In this document: positions 62,980-64,000 of the stretch, in pieces
How positions within the stretch are numbered: the first letter of the stretch is position 1
How the letters are laid out: each line of letters starts with the position of its first letter
Assembly: GCA_028534125.1 (NCBI GenBank)
Contig: CM052816.1
Span: 11,286,001-11,350,000 of the forward strand
DNA length: 64,000 nucleotides
DNA from: Lama glama
Taxonomy: Eukaryota
Direction of reading: 5' to 3'
Translations under genes and position numbers: made by a program
Notes under the pieces: generated by a model
What the model saw: the letters and a program-made list of their open reading frames with translations, nothing else
Databases searched by the model: none
Told to the model about the DNA's origin: nothing

Positions 62980-64000
62980 GCAGATATGCAGTAAAAAGCC
63001 TTCTGCATAAAATCTGCTGGCAGGACTGGTCACTGCTTCCATAAGAAAATAATTTGGTATCACCAATGTGCATGTTGAATTTCAATAGCTATTAAGATGA
63101 GTTGTATTCTTCCCCCAAAATAAGACCATGGCTGTCATGAAGACTGTATCTGCTCCTTTCCCATTTTAATTTTCAGGGTTTGTGCTATGTCTGGGGATAG
63201 ATTGTGTGGCCTCCGCAGAGTTTCTCCAGAGACTCTTAGGCAGTGTTTGCCTTCATGGTAGTTGCAGGTAATTGCTCTGTAAGCCCCAAGATCCCTACTA
63301 TAAACTTGGAGTCCTTTAGTCTTTGTTTCCCAAGGAAAACAGAATGCCTGAATAACTTGTACTCCTGGCATAGCCGCCAGCTGCGTTAATGTCTCCTTTT
63401 ATCTTTTTTTAAATCTTACCCCTCTCAAGCTAAGCTTCATACTCTCAAGGCAACATGAGGGAGTGTAGTTCATGGACCACCCAGCAATCTACTTAAGAAA
63501 GGGCTGTGAAGTAATTCAGAATTATCTTTTGTTCTGTGTATCAGGTTAAGCATAACAAGCCACACTACACTTAGAATGAGATATGAATCCAGAACCAGCA
63601 ATTGTAGTCATTTATGGTGTTTTTACACCAAATAAAATAAAACCGTTTGATGTTGAGATGTCTCAGAATTGCTGAAATAAATAAATTTCTTTTGGGCTCA
63701 GTTGTTGGCAGGATTGTTGGATCATAAATTTCTTCAAGAGACAAGTGCTTTCTTTGCCAGGAGCCATCTTTTATCAGCTTGCACAAGGGCAGATCAGGAA
63801 AATCTCAAGCAGTGGAGGGTTGGAACTAATCCAAAAGCTCAAAATTCTAAAATCTGTGCCCTTTCCCCCTGCTCTCCTCCTTTGCTCCTTGTCTTGTCAG
63901 CTTAATACATTTCCATCCTTGGAGCAAAACAAGAAACTGGTAATGCTGTTTGTTAGAGTAGTAATTCTTTCTCCAAAAATGTCTTCCAAAAAAAGCTACA

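Noticed and set aside
59814..64000. LARS1 terminal exon or a neighbouring gene
   Set aside because: No DLSKVKLMRFDDP-like coding sequence found by eye; it is presumably beyond the window.

Overview
Mammalian genomic DNA, most likely a camelid (inferred from six copies of a tRNA-derived SINE resembling camelid Vic-1, with no Alu, B1, Bov-A or PRE SINEs seen). The window holds the CpG-island promoter and coding exons 1-31 of LARS1 (cytoplasmic leucyl-tRNA synthetase) on the + strand. I traced the exons by hand. All 30 complete introns are GT-AG, and the exons join into 3325 nt of stop-free frame with the HLGH (HIGH), CP1 editing and KMSKS motifs. The last exon is not in the window. The rest is ordinary intronic or intergenic DNA rich in L1, L2, MIR, MaLR and DNA-transposon fossils. 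I found no convincing new biological system. The best leads are two GC-rich retroposed inserts of unknown origin with target-site duplications (12.6 kb and 33.4 kb), an L1 insertion overlapping the exon 26 splice donor, a candidate open-frame cassette exon in the last intron, and an inverted SINE pair around the frame-symmetric exons 9-10. Human residue numbers and repeat-family names come from memory, not from a database search, and repeat boundaries are approximate unless a TSD is given.
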